DNA of 64,000 bases from Marsupella aquatica (taxonomy: Eukaryota > Plantae > Marchantiophyta), in the NCBI GenBank assembly GCA_973895155.1, contig OZ316897.1, forward strand, positions 14,879,375-14,943,374, written 5' to 3'. The position numbers and the translations under genes were made by a program. The number at the start of each line of letters is the position of its first letter. Position 1 is the stretch's first letter. Below the pieces are notes generated by a model. The model worked only from the letters and a program-made list of their open reading frames with translations. It did no database searches and was not told where the DNA came from. Shown here piece by piece: positions 36,808 through 49,400 of this stretch.

Positions 36808-38832
36808 TCAGAACATGCTTGGACAACATGAACCAAGTGCTGATTTCACCATAGATCTAGCAAAAGGAACATAGCTCAATGCATACCTGCAACCAGACAA
36901 CGAACAAATGTGCAAGGACCAATCAGCCTGTAATCTCCATCAAAATTGCCATTCATTTAGTAGCACCAATGTTGAAGTTATAATCAACTAAAACATAGTT
37001 TCTTTTCTGGTCCACCACTTGACCATAGACATTTCTATCCTCACAAAGCTAATCAGAGTAGCTTAAGTTTTAATTCAAAGAGAAATATAGCAAGCTTGGA
37101 AACCAAGTTCAGGAGTGAATTGGTGGTAAAGTAATTTGAATTTGACTAGCTAGCCAGGCCATCACTAGAAGATGAGCTATCAGCTTGTTGGGTTTCCAGT
37201 CAGTGTAGACAAACTAAATTAACTCACCAGGTAATTGCTACGGCTTCAATAATAATGGCAATAATAGTTAGAAAAAAATTCTTCAGCTGTCACAAAACAC
37301 ACTTAGACATCTTGAGATCTTAGTCAAGGTAGCAAACTATCCACCTACATATTGAAGTCAATGTAAATTTCTAGCAATAGACAACTTCAGGAGGTCACAG
37401 ATTTACATTGTGAATCATTGAAATTGAAATAAATAGTTGCTGGCCGCCCACCATACAATACCTTGAGAGCACAAAATAGAGCAAGAAATAAGCTAAACAA
37501 GTATGCGATAGTAGCCAAAAACCGTGAAGGATCAAACATCATCTTCAATTGTCGTAAGGGCCCTATCAGGAAAACCGTGCTGGTCCATTTAACCCAAACT
37601 GTGTCAGTCCCCAAACAGCCTCTGTGATTTTTCAAACATTCATGCCCTAGAATTCAAGAGTTTAGAAGACCACAATCTGGAATTCAAAAATAGTGAAATA
37701 ACTTGCCTGGTGAACAAGAGAAAAGTAAAGCTTAATTATGTCACTTAGAAATCATTCAGTTTGTATATTTCATGCTTTGATGTAATAGATGTTTTTGCAC
37801 AAAGGGAAATGTAGAAGGCTGGGATGAGATCTTCAACCCTGCTTATATTCTTTGAACCACATCATGAATTAATTGGAGATGAAATGGGAATAGATCTCAG
37901 ACGACATGAAGTCCAGGAAACTCTTTTCTACTCCAGGCCAGAATCAGGGTTTGGGTTGGTCAAAGGAAGGGGGGAAAAGGAAAAGAGAGCATCTTGAGTT
38001 TGTTTGCTTGTGTTGTTGGATTCTTTGGTTATTTGATAGTGATGAATTGACCAAATTATTACATCAATTTAATGGGACTCCAAATGTATGGCTTCTTGGG
38101 CTTGTCAACATGTTGAACAAGAAAAAGAACAAAACAAGTGCGTTTTGTGGCCAAAAGTTAGGGAGAAAAGAAGATGATAACCCACCTTCCCATCAACATT
38201 AAATTGGCAGTTGTGTATGTGAATGCAAATTTTGTAGGAAACACAAACAATGTTGTCGACTGTTGCATGGCAAATAAAATAGTTTAGATTCTCTAACAGT
38301 TCGTTGGACCAATGGAAAACACAATGATTTGGGACTGTTAAGCCAATATGTGCATTGTCACTGAAATCTTCAATCGCTTCCCAAAACATATGACACTGGT
38401 TTTACCAACTCTCCAAATCTATTGATGACTTTCAAAAACAAGATATGCATGGAGGGCAACGGCTTACTATGAAGAGGAATAAAATACCAAGGCCCAAGCA
38501 AGCCCCAAATCCAATTAATCTCTGCAACACAAAATAATTTAGATTTCTCAAGATAGGCGTATGTTAATACATGTCCATCCATCAAATGTTTTGGTATGCT
38601 CTGTACATGAAACTTCACTCCCGAACATTGTAAATGCTATTGATTTCCACTAATAGATTATTCATCATTGAGTTTGCTTGTGGCCAGTCAAAATCATTGC
38701 AAAGCAATATTTCAACCTTACATGTTTTTTGGAGAGTGAAAGGTTACTCTGAACTTCTTCCATGAACCCTCCCTCTTCGCCACCCCCAGCAGATGAGGTA
38801 GATTGCCCAACAAATGCCTTCACAGTGTCCAT
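36808..38832 (-). CDS. SFT2: SFT2/Got1-family vesicle transport protein, 164 aa; exons 38832-38722, 38521-38468, 38259-38186, 37579-37462, 37286-37228, 36886-36808
   Basis: Six GT-AG exons total 495 nt: LSLSKKH/RLIGFGACLGLGILFLFI/STTLFVFPTKFAFTYTTANLMLMGS/TVFLIGPLRQLKMMFDPSRFLATIAYL../LKNFFLTIIAIIIEAVAITW/YALSYVPFARSMVK, matching the SFT2 pattern with four TM segments. Confidence 0.9.
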
Positions 38833-39396
38833 TTTGTTTTGTGCTATGCAAATGTCCCACAATTAGGGTGAAAAGAGCACCATGGACAATAACTTTTTTG
38901 TAGATTGCAGTATTTAACACAATCATAGATCAATAAAATTCACAACCTCAGGATGTGATCCTGGGTGAGGAATAGAAGGATTCTGGTCGTGGATTCTCAT
39001 CCAAGCCCATCTTCTTTATCTCCCATCACATTTTAGCACAATTCAATGGTGCCAACACAAGCCTAACTCAGCATTGGAGAAGAATACCCAGGACCAAGGT
39101 GGCTCTAGTTATTATATTTTATTCACTTTCTTTTTTAAGTAAAGGCGACAGTGCATCAAAATACATTCAAAACAACCTGTGGCAAAGACCAAGGGGCCAA
39201 ACATGTAAACTGGGCAGGTGCCACATCAACACCTGGCAACTATGCATAGTTGATAATTATATCCCTATGACCCTCAGACTTGTTTTCTTTTGTTTGACCC
39301 TCAATTCTCTCTTTGTATTTTGTGGGCACCATACACATCACCCATGTGCATAAGCAGAGGCATTAGTCCCTCTCAATGACAACCACTGAATGCTAT

Positions 39397-39885
39397 TGGA
39401 CATGAGTTGCAAAATCATGGACTGTTTTCATAACAGGAGTTGGAATTATAGTTCCAAAAATATGGTGGACTCTATGCACAACTGGACGAGCTGAATGTAG
39501 AGGCTGCCGCAAAATTATGGACTCTATGCATAAATGGCGGAGTTGGACATAGAGTTGCAAAATCATGGGATCTATGCATAACTGAAGGAGTTGGACGTAG
39601 AGTTGCAAAATCATGGACTGTATGCATGACTGGAGAACTTGGACATACAGTTGCAAAATTAGGGACTCTGTGCATGACTGAAGGATTGAACATAGAGTTG
39701 CAAAATCATGGAATATATGCATAACTGGTGGACATAGAGTTGCAAAACTATGGACTCTATGCATAACTGGTGGACATAGAGTTGCAAAACTATGGACTCT
39801 ATGCATAACTGGTGGAGTTGGACATAGAGTTGCAAAACTATGGACTCTATGCATACCTAAAGGAGTTGAACATAGAGTTGTTAAA
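39397..39885. repeat. Minisatellite, about 10 units of 48 bp (some 42 bp)
   Basis: Consensus GGAGTTGGACATAGAGTTGCAAAA(TC/CT)ATGGACTCTATGCATAACTGGT. Confidence 0.9.
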
Positions 39886-41522
39886 TTGTACAGTACTGTA
39901 GTAACTACGACCAGGTGACCTGAACCATCCCCTATTGGGTCATTTCCATATCCCACTTTGAATTGTTTAGTGCACTGGCAAATGGCATCCAAACCGAAGC
40001 ATCAAGAGGCAGGTGGTAACTTCACGCCACCAGATAGCCCAGCTAACGAAAAATCTTTTTGTGAAAGGTAGAAATTCTTCAGGGCTGGACATAACTGAGG
40101 TCAAACCAAGGGATTTGTTTTGGAGAAGAGTTCTATTGTAGATGAATTTCGCTATCCGGATTCTCATCTTAAAAGCAGCTCCACGGAGATCGTGTGAATT
40201 GCCAGTGGCTTATCCTAATTGTTTCTTTTCGGAATTTTCGGTTCCAGTTCGCGCCAGAAAGAAAATCTTGGTTTCGAAACGACCAGCGCAAAAAACACTA
40301 TTGCCAGTCGATGACTCAATAAATTGAGACGAAAGAAACAATGAGAACAGTGGCAAATCAGCTCAGTGGGCTCCACATTAAAGTCGTGTGGTGGTAGTGG
40401 TGGCACGCTCTTTCCGAGGGCTGATGTCTGACACATGTTTTTCTGGCCCCACAGAGGAAAACTGGAGAACGGAAGTCGTTTTGACACCTTTGCTGTTACA
40501 GGAGGAAACGTCCGACCACGAATGAGGATAAACCAGAGAATGGATGCGCCATACCATTACAGGCCCAATAGCAGCTTGAATCCATTGGTATCAGTATGGG
40601 CCAATTGACAATGTATTTCTCCCAGCTCGTATTAAATACAGGAGTTGGAAATCCGAGTGTGGAACACCACCATCAACCTACTAGCTCTCCAGAACTGGAG
40701 GAATTGGGCCACCAAGTCTCAACCGGGCACACTTATCTAGAGAGTGCGTCCCAGAGGAAGCCTTACACACCAATATAAGTACCAGAGGGCTCTACGGAAT
40801 GCGTTGGGAGGTAAGCAATCAAAAACCGAGCTAGACATACAACCGAAGTGGTCAACACATACCCAGAGCAGTGCAATACAACGGTAACGAGTTCGAACGA
40901 AACGAGAGAGAGGCTAACAGGCAAGGTTTTAGAACTCAGTTTAGTCCCGAAGAATTATATTGATTCCAAAAATTGGCTGAAACGATACAACAGTGAAACT
41001 CGCAGCACAATTTGTGCTTTCCCCCAAAGGCTGAACTTAAGAATTACCAAGCGTTTTGCTACGGTAGCACTCTTGTCGGAAACACAATCTCTTTTGGGGT
41101 TCCTTATATGCCCAGTTGCCCAATTCTTGAACTACCGACTTCGATCGATAGTTTCACATACAGGGCTCATGAGATCATGGCTACTGACCACAGTTTGCTT
41201 TCAAATGATACATTGCTATTTTGACAACCGTGACTCCAAGATAGCTCTTCTAACAAAACGCTTATGACCAACAGACAGCGTCTCATTTTCGAACAATCTC
41301 TCACCACATAGTATACACAAATTGTTAGAGAGCTCCTGCAATTTTGGCTACAAACAACCACTGTACAATTGCACTCCAACATCTCCACAAACAAACTAAC
41401 AGTTTATCATTGGAGCAGGTGTGCTTCCTGCCGAGACATAAACGTGCCACAAGCGACTCCTTCTCTTTCATTCCTGCAAATTCCATTCTTTACTCCCAGG
41501 CCGGACTAACTGCGGCCACACA

Positions 41523-43532
41523 TTAGCTTTCTTCAAAGGGCCCAAATTCAAACGGTACCTTCGTGCTGCCTGCTTCCACTGCATTCCTCCACCGTCTATA
41601 TCGAACTCCCAACTTGTCATATGACACGGGAGTTTCCCAAACATTAGCTCCCCGCTTCATCCTATCCATCTGACCTTCCACAAGTCTAAGGTCTTCACCC
41701 AATACCTGGTTGGCAAGATAGAGCCACACCTTTGTAATGAACGGGACGTACTTCGCCCACTGAGCAAAATCTAGGGCCATACGGTACAGCAGTCTAGTCT
41801 TTCCTCGTGTTGACGGCATGCACACATGTAGCTGATGAAGGTGGTTTTTACAAGCTTGTGTGCTTGCGCCATCTAGTTGACCAGGCTTGACCAAACCTAT
41901 AGTAGAAAGCACCATGCATGGTGGCTGAAACTGCATGTCAATAGGGTAAGGATCCCAATAACCACTCAAGGCAGCTGCTGGAGTTCTGAATCGAACAAAA
42001 TTTGGGACCGGCCAGCCCTTTGCAAATGTCGATGTATGAGTGAACGGAGCGTGTGCCAGATCGAGAAGATTCTCCATCAGAAGCCCATGCTCCACTGGCA
42101 GCTCCAAGACGATCTCTGCGTGAATTGTGAAATTTGAAGGTGGATTCAATGACGGTAGCACAGTAGCTGGGATTTCATCCCCCGGCCAGATCCACACCAT
42201 CCCATCCTGTTCGATACACGGCAAGGACCTTATTTCAGCTTTCACAGATCTCGTTGACGGCATCTTTTGGCATTCCCCGCCTGTAGTGTACTCCCATCCA
42301 TGATAGGGGCATTGAACTCGCCCATCAACCACTTTCCCAAGCGACAGAGGACATGCTCTGTGAGCACATTCATCCCGAACACACCCAGCTCGCCCATCCT
42401 TCCCACGAAAAAGAACCCACGGCTCCTCAAAACTCTCAAACGGAATCAATGTGTCAACACTGATGTCACTCGAGAATGCAACAGGGTACCAGAAGTTCTT
42501 TAGCTTATTTGGATAAGGGGCAACAGGACCTGCAACACTAAGCTTTTTCTGAATAGACGATCTATCAGTCAGTAAAGTGGTCGAGTCGGAAATGACCCCG
42601 TTGCTGCTTGCGTCTGCCGTTGGTATCGAAGTTGAGACAGTTTTGAGTTGGGTGGGGGTGGTCACCTTCGTGCCGTCAGTGGAAACGCTGTACAGCAGCT
42701 TATCGTTGATGACAGATTCAATTTCGGCCAATTTCTTCAACGAATGCTCGACCCTAGCCTCAGACAGATGCACCTGAGTGTGAGCTCGGGCCAATTCTTC
42801 CTGCAATTGTGCCAACTGCTCTCTCCTCGCAGCAACAGAGTTCTGCTCCCGAGCCAGAGGATTCAAAACCTCCACGACTTTGTCATGGGCTGACTTAATT
42901 GCCAAAACATCCTGCCTGGCTCTCCAGTCTAGGTACAGCACATCTTGCCATAAAACCTCCAAGGCCTGATTCAAATCCACTGCTCCTTCACGCGGGTTAT
43001 TGTTCCCTTGAGCCCTAGGATCCGGGACCTCGAAAATGCTATTTGTATCCGAGAGATTCTGCCCACCATGACTACTGCTGGACACACCAATGCATCGGGA
43101 GCCTCGTCTACTACTACTAGAATAATATCCCCCCCCACTTTCATGCCTAATCTTCCTTCCATACGGAGATTTCCCAGAGCTCCCTGGCCCTTCACTACTA
43201 CTCAAATTCCAAGAGGAGGACAATGAGATGTTGCTACTGCTTGCAAAACCACCACCATCTTGCCTCCCAGAAAGCGATTGTTTCCTACCTGCCTGTGAAG
43301 AGGAGGATGCAGATGCCAGACGGTCAACCCCATCCACTGCAACTCGAAGACATTTCAGAGATACCAAGGAAGAAGCGTACCTCGTAGAACACTCATTTCT
43401 TTGGTGGGAGGCTGAGCAACTCAACCCCGCAAAGGATTCAGCAGTAGCAGGAAAGGTGCTGCCGTCGAGAACATGATGATGACACAACGACGGGCCGCAC
43501 ACCAGCTTCGCCGCAGCACTTGCTACCGCCAT
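41523..43532 (-). CDS. CAO: Chlorophyllide a oxygenase (chlorophyll b synthase), intronless, 669 aa
   Basis: ATG at 43532 (MAVASAAA). A-domain LDWRARQDVLAIKSAHDKVVEVLNPLARE; coiled B region; C-domain LKNFWYPVAF; Rieske CAHRACPL...CPYHGWEY; mononuclear-iron ENLLDLAHAPFTH; C-terminal YDKLGVRYRRWR. Confidence 0.97.
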   Translation of the reverse strand: MAVASAAAKLVCGPSLCHHHVLDGSTFPATAESFAGLSCSASHQRNECSTRYASSLVSLKCLRVAVDGVDRLASASSSSQAGRKQSLSGRQDGGGFASSSNISLSSSWNLSSSEGPGSSGKSPYGRKIRHESGGGYYSSSSRRGSRCIGVSSSSHGGQNLSDTNSIFEVPDPRAQGNNNPREGAVDLNQALEVLWQDVLYLDWRARQDVLAIKSAHDKVVEVLNPLAREQNSVAARREQLAQLQEELARAHTQVHLSEARVEHSLKKLAEIESVINDKLLYSVSTDGTKVTTPTQLKTVSTSIPTADASSNGVISDSTTLLTDRSSIQKKLSVAGPVAPYPNKLKNFWYPVAFSSDISVDTLIPFESFEEPWVLFRGKDGRAGCVRDECAHRACPLSLGKVVDGRVQCPYHGWEYTTGGECQKMPSTRSVKAEIRSLPCIEQDGMVWIWPGDEIPATVLPSLNPPSNFTIHAEIVLELPVEHGLLMENLLDLAHAPFTHTSTFAKGWPVPNFVRFRTPAAALSGYWDPYPIDMQFQPPCMVLSTIGLVKPGQLDGASTQACKNHLHQLHVCMPSTRGKTRLLYRMALDFAQWAKYVPFITKVWLYLANQVLGEDLRLVEGQMDRMKRGANVWETPVSYDKLGVRYRRWRNAVEAGSTKVPFEFGPFEES

Positions 43533-44298
43533 TAACAAGCCGATTCTCAGACAACCTCAGCTAGGTTTTCTACTCCACCAATTCTCCCTCGCTAGAATCG
43601 TTGCAGCAGCAGCTGCAGTTCTGATGCCGCCAGCCACTATCGCCTCCTGCCATCACTCGTCCTCTGCATGCGCTGGTCGAGCTCCTCCAGCATCCTATGC
43701 CCCTCCACCATATTTCCTCTCTCTCTCTCCCTCCCTCCTCCCAATGTACGCAACGCAGTGGAGCTCCTCTCCCTCCTCAGCGAATTCACTCACCCTCTCG
43801 AATCCCTACACGTCCATGGCCCGATCACTCCACAATGATCCGAAAAGGCGAAAAAGGAAGGACGCCAACAACATCAACAACTACAGAGTGGTGGCAGCAC
43901 AAGACGTGTCTGCAAAGCGGGATGTGGAGAAAGAACTATTCGTTTCGGGCGAGGTGGGTCTGCCCAATTGCGAGAGGCTGCTGCAGCTCAAGCGATCGGA
44001 GGCCATGGAGGCTCGCTATCAATGGTGAAGGAGTTGGGTGAAGCAGGAGTGGAGCACGACTGGTGGACCAAGGGAAGGATGGATGGCAAACCTCGTGGCT
44101 CTGGAGGACTGGAGAGGAGAGACAGAGGGGGCGAGGAGAGGAGAGGAGAGGAGAGGAGAGGAAGAATGAATCATCAGCGAAATCGAGAAACAGGAACGGG
44201 TAACAAAATCCACTGCGCCAATCCCATTAGAGAACATTCTTTCAGGATCCTCAACTCCACCCAATGGATTTGAGTCTGCAATTAAGAGATCGCTATGG

Positions 44299-44759
44299 AA
44301 TCTTTTGGGAACCGGCTTTATTCTCGGCTGGAGGCTCTTTTGGGGACCGGCTTTATTCTCGGTTGGAGGCTCACGTTTTGCAGTGGTATCCCTGACCATA
44401 GTTAGTTTTGGGGGGCAATAGAATCTTTTAGGAACCGGTTTTGTTCTCGGTTGAAGCCTCACGTTTTGCAGTGGTATCCCTGACCATAGTTAGTTTTGGG
44501 GGGCAATAGAATCTTTTAGGAACCAGTTTGTTCTAGGTTGAAGCCTTACGTTTTGCAGTGGACCCCTGACCATAGTTAGTTGAGGGGGCCGATAGAATCT
44601 TTTGGGAACTGGGTTTATTCTGTGTGGAAGGCTTACATTTTGCAGTGGTGTCCCTGACCATAGCTACTTTAGGGGGTGATAGAATCTTTTGGGAACTGGG
44701 TTATTCTCGGTTGAAGGCTTACTTTAATTTGCATTGGTGTCCCTGACCATAGTTAGTTT
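44299..44759. repeat. Tandem array, about 5 x 87-89 bp, upstream of CAO
   Basis: Unit AATCTTTT.GGAAC.GG.TT..TTCTCGGTTG.AG.CT.ACGTTTTGCAGTGGT.TCCCTGACCATAGTTAGTT..GGGGG..ATAG. Confidence 0.9.
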
Positions 44760-45712
44760 AGTGAGTTAGTTCCTTTGTATATGGTACAATCATTTTTTCA
44801 GGGCATTGTGAGATAGAGTGCCCCAAATAACAAGAGCTTCAGCAAGAGTTTTCAGAGGTAAATTTACTAAAATGTTCCAGCAAATTTCCTTAGTTTGCCA
44901 GCAACAATAGCTTTCAAAAGGTTAGGGTGCCACAAATGTGTTTACTTGAGGTGAAGTTGTCGTCTTGGGTTGCCTCCTCTCCTTCCCACCCCCCTAACTA
45001 TGGCAGGGTGTGCCAATTTTCAAGTACACCATTTCATCACACATCAGGTCAAACTCATCTCACGTATAGAAAACAGTTCGATTGGTAGTTATCTTGGGGA
45101 AGCTTCATGTGAGTAAGATGGGTAAGATCCAATGTAGGGAAAACAAATAAAGACATGATACATAACTCAGTTTTGGATGACACATAAGGATCTATCCCAA
45201 AGGCACACTAAGGTGCTATCTTCCATCTTGTTTTTGTTTCACTACATCATATCAAACACTATAATACCCTATCCTGCAAAAAAAGCTTCAGTCCTCTGCC
45301 TACAAAAACAGAAAAGGTGGGGGCCAATCCTGGCCCTTCATCATAACAGATTTTTTGACACCGTCAAACTGCCTGCCCCAATGACATATTTTGCTTAACT
45401 ACATATTTTGTGCAGCCACTCTTCTGAGCAACGCATGGGTATCGTGCTATTTGATTCACAACTACAAAAGTATTCCAAGCAGTTGTCCTTTGTTGTCCAA
45501 GTAACTACAACTCCACATAAGTACCCCTAGGCTTACAAGGATTTGACTCATCCACAATGCAACTTTGACTAAAATGTATCCTATGTGAACATGGATATTA
45601 AGTGAAGTAGTCAACAAAAGTGCAATTGTAGAGGTTTGTTACAGGTCCAGTTAGAGACTTCCGTAAATCTGAAAATTTTGTCAAAATTTCATGTCACCCC
45701 GTAAATATCCAG

Positions 45713-45957
45713 CCATTAGATGGTTTGAATCGAACGATCTACATCCATTTTGTGTGTGAAGACTTGTGTGAAGGCTCGTGTGGCCTCTCAACTGAAAATG
45801 AGCTTTCATACCGTTAGATGTTATGAATCCAACCATCCAGATTCATTTTGTGTGTGAATACTCGTGTGGTCTCTTAGCTCAAAAAGGACTTTTATACCAT
45901 TAGATGTTTTGAATCCAACGATCTATATTATTTTTGTGTGTGATGCCTCGTGTGAAG
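45713..45957. repeat. Tandem repeat, about 3 x 86-98 bp
   Basis: CC(A/G)TTAGATG...TGAATC.AAC.ATC....ATTTTGTGTGTGA at 45713, 45811 and 45897. Confidence 0.8.
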
Positions 45958-46444
45958 AATAATGTCACTTCTCAACACAAACAACTCTATCAAACTAAAC
46001 CTATCCATGCTTGGATGTTGACATAACTAGATTATGCCCTTTATGGTGCCTAAAGAATAAGAAGAACTTGGGCAATATGTGGGCTTTGAAAAAAATCAAT
46101 ATTTGAAAAATCTTCAGGTTGGGTATAAAGTATATTTTAAAAGGCAATTTAATTGCAATAAAATAAATAAATAAATAAGCTTGGTAAGCAACATATAAAG
46201 CATTCTCTCAACCTCTTGACGCCACACAAGTAAATTGGGAAAAAGTACTAAAATATAAGTAGGGGTGAAAGATCATGAGGAAAGTGGGGTGAATAAGCGA
46301 GGGTTTGGTCATGGGAAACTTACATTGAAGTTTAATGCAAGGATTATTAAGATGTTAACATGTGAAAGGGTCTAGTTATGAAAATATTGTTTTGAAATGG
46401 TATTGAATGTTAGATTTTTAGAATGTAAACTCTAGAGTATTATA

Positions 46445-49400
46445 ACCTTGTTTTTAAGTTACAACTTGTCAAACAATACTCAAACCCTTGAATACATGTG
46501 TACCAATTGCCTTAATTTATGACCTTATTGATTTTAAAGTTACAAATGGGGTCAAACATTATACCGACTGTCGGATGCCAAATTAGGTAGTAGTGTTTAA
46601 CTAGAGTTAAAACTAGAGTAACTACAGTTAGAAGTAACCGCAGTAGAGGTAGAGTAAGGTTAAGCGGAGGAAGCGGATGCATAGTAAATAGTAGAAGGTC
46701 GAGACAACTTAGCATGGAGTGTCAAGCTGAATTAGGTGCGATTAAGTGAGGCTAACATTTATTAGGTTAGCATTAGTAGTTGTAGTACTTTGCATACAAT
46801 TGAATGGACGGCCTACTTAGCGGAATTTTAGAAAATTCTTAGGATAGAACTAGATCTGGAAATTCAGCAAGAATGTAGTCTTAGGTTCAAGGAACACACC
46901 GGAAAGTTTTCAAGTAAAACAGAGGTCGGGGCACGATACTGGAGAATTATGAAATAGAGGTTTCATTATAAGTACACTCAAATGGGATGCCGTCTAAAGT
47001 AAATTACGGGTTCTTAGTACAAGGTAAGCAGTGTTATAGGAGTTTGCTGAGAAGGCCAGGTGTCATCATGGGAGTCCTTCTCATAGGGATACAAAGTTCA
47101 GGAACAATTTACGTTACGGCCAAGAGAGGTTTAACAGCAGCAATTCAGCAATGGCAGCTTGGTGCATTGAAGAGAATTTGAATCCTTCCATAAGGACAAC
47201 CGGGTTGACTCTGAAAAAACGGAGGAACACAGGATTGCCTGAAGGTAAGGCATGAGGAGATAAGGAATTGAATCTTGTTGGCAAGGGAAAACTCTGTGGT
47301 GCTGGAAGGAGCTCTTGAGATAAGGAAATCTCATTACTCGGACAATCTTGTTGTGGCAATAGAGATTAGCCGGCATTTCAATTTCGTGCTGCTGAGTTGA
47401 ACCGCTGCTGCTATTGAGTTTGATGCTGGTTGAGAACAATTACTGCTGCTTCAAGCTTATTGCTGAGAGCTTGCAGTTGTCGGGAGTAGTGCTGTTGCAT
47501 AAGGAGAGCTGTCATTCAATTAGAGCTCCGTTGCAGGAAGAGCTTTGTGCTATGGAAGATGGAGCAATGCTGATGGGAGGAGTATTGTCGCACAGTTGGC
47601 TTCTATTCAATTAGAGCTTGCTATTGATAGGCTATGGAGAAAGCTCACTATATTAGTTGTTGATCGATCCTTGAGATTGATGCTGCTACCCTGAAGCTCG
47701 TCGCTACCTGAAGTAGCTGCAGCAAAACCGAAAGCTTGAAAGTGGGGAGCTGGCTGGTGACCGGGTAGAGCAGCTTCGTGCTACTGAGCTATGGAGATTG
47801 AAGGTAGCTCACGAGGCTGGGAAGCTATGGTGGGAGCGGCATGCTGCTGAAAGACTGAGCTATGGAGGAAGGCCGCTGTTGAAGAAAAAGAAAAAAAAAA
47901 GCAAAAAAGAAATGGAGAAGCAGCATGGCGATGCTTCGCGCTGCGGCAAGTTGCTTTGTGCTGCGCATCTTTGTGCTGCCTCGCACAGCATAGTGTAGCA
48001 TAGCGCGAAGCAAGTTGCTTTGTGTTGCGCGTCTTTGTGCTGCCTCGCGCAGCATAGTGTAGCATAGCCAGCAGCTTGGCGTTGCCAAATGTTGATGGCG
48101 AAGGAAACGTCGGCGCCCAGTTTTGAACTCGCGACCTGCTGCTGCTAAGGCATTCGAATGTGCTACCAAGGGAGCTTTCCAAGCTGTTCGTTTAAGATAT
48201 TCACATCAACTCTAGTTGAACTTTTGGTAGCATTTTGACAGGTTTGTTTGGAGGACTTTGAGGCCGGTTCGAGGCCGGGAGAGGGGCCAGGGCGAGTAGG
48301 GGAGGACCCAGCAAGGGTGCCTCAGCTCCATTGAGGCCCGGTAGACCGTTTTGAATGTCATTGTAATATGTTAAGTAGTTTTTTTTTATTGACTTTAAAA
48401 GTGGCGTTGTAATAAGAGTTGGACTAGTATAAAGTCCGACACTTGGTGGATAGAGTTGGGAGATGAGAATTAGTTATAGTACTGCTGGTGAGCTGGGTTA
48501 CAGTCATTAAGTTTAGTTTACAAGCGGCTATAACCTCAATTGTATCACCAACGGTCTGCCAGGGTCATTTCTAGCGGTAGTACTCTTTGAGTAAGCCTAG
48601 AACTGTGGAAATGGTGACCTGTACTTTAGTGGTAACCCGAGTTTCAGTGGCAAAACCCGAGACTCAGCGGTAACCCAGAATTCAGTGGCGTACGGACACA
48701 CAGTTGTAGGCCAAACTTAGAGTTTTTTTCGTGAGAAATGTTATTTTATGGAGAGTTGTAACTTGGGTGGTTGTAAGGGTTACCAAGGGGCTACCTGATT
48801 ACTCATGTCACCTAGAGGTTGCTGCTGTTCATGTCCTGTGTAAAAGCCAGAATACTGGTGGCAGTTGAGTTGACCTGCGGTAAAAGTAGAAACTTAACCC
48901 TAGTTAACTTTAGCGGAAAGTAGTTACACTTGGGTTAAGGTAACCACTAACCTAAGTTAGCACCCTAGGCGTGGTTTGGTTTGGCTTGGGTTGGTTTGGA
49001 GCCCTGGGGTGTTGAATAAAGGGGAGAAGCAAGTAGCTGTCTCCTCACTTGTTCATTCCTACCCTCTCTTGTAAGGCTGAAAGCTTGGAGGCTGAGGTTC
49101 TCATTTTCAGAGGGCAGCAGCATTGGTTTGAGGTACTTGGGTGGGTGGATAGTGAGCTAGTCCACTAGGTAGGCGGCAAGGAGAGAGTCAAGGAAGGTGT
49201 TGGGATCTGAACTTGTACTATGCCTTGTAGTAAAGACTCGTGTTGAAGCCTCAGTCTTGAAGCACTGTCTAGTGAGTATGTGAATCCAGTGAGTGTGTAT
49301 GCCGACGTTGTTATGATTCGACACCAGAGGGGTGAAACTTGAAGCCTGGGAGTGAGCTCAGACTCAATCACTTGCCTTGTTGCGATAGGAGGTGACGAAC

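Noticed and set aside
43624-44462. ORFs upstream of CAO
   Set aside because: Low-complexity promoter/UTR and tandem-repeat translations with no protein features.
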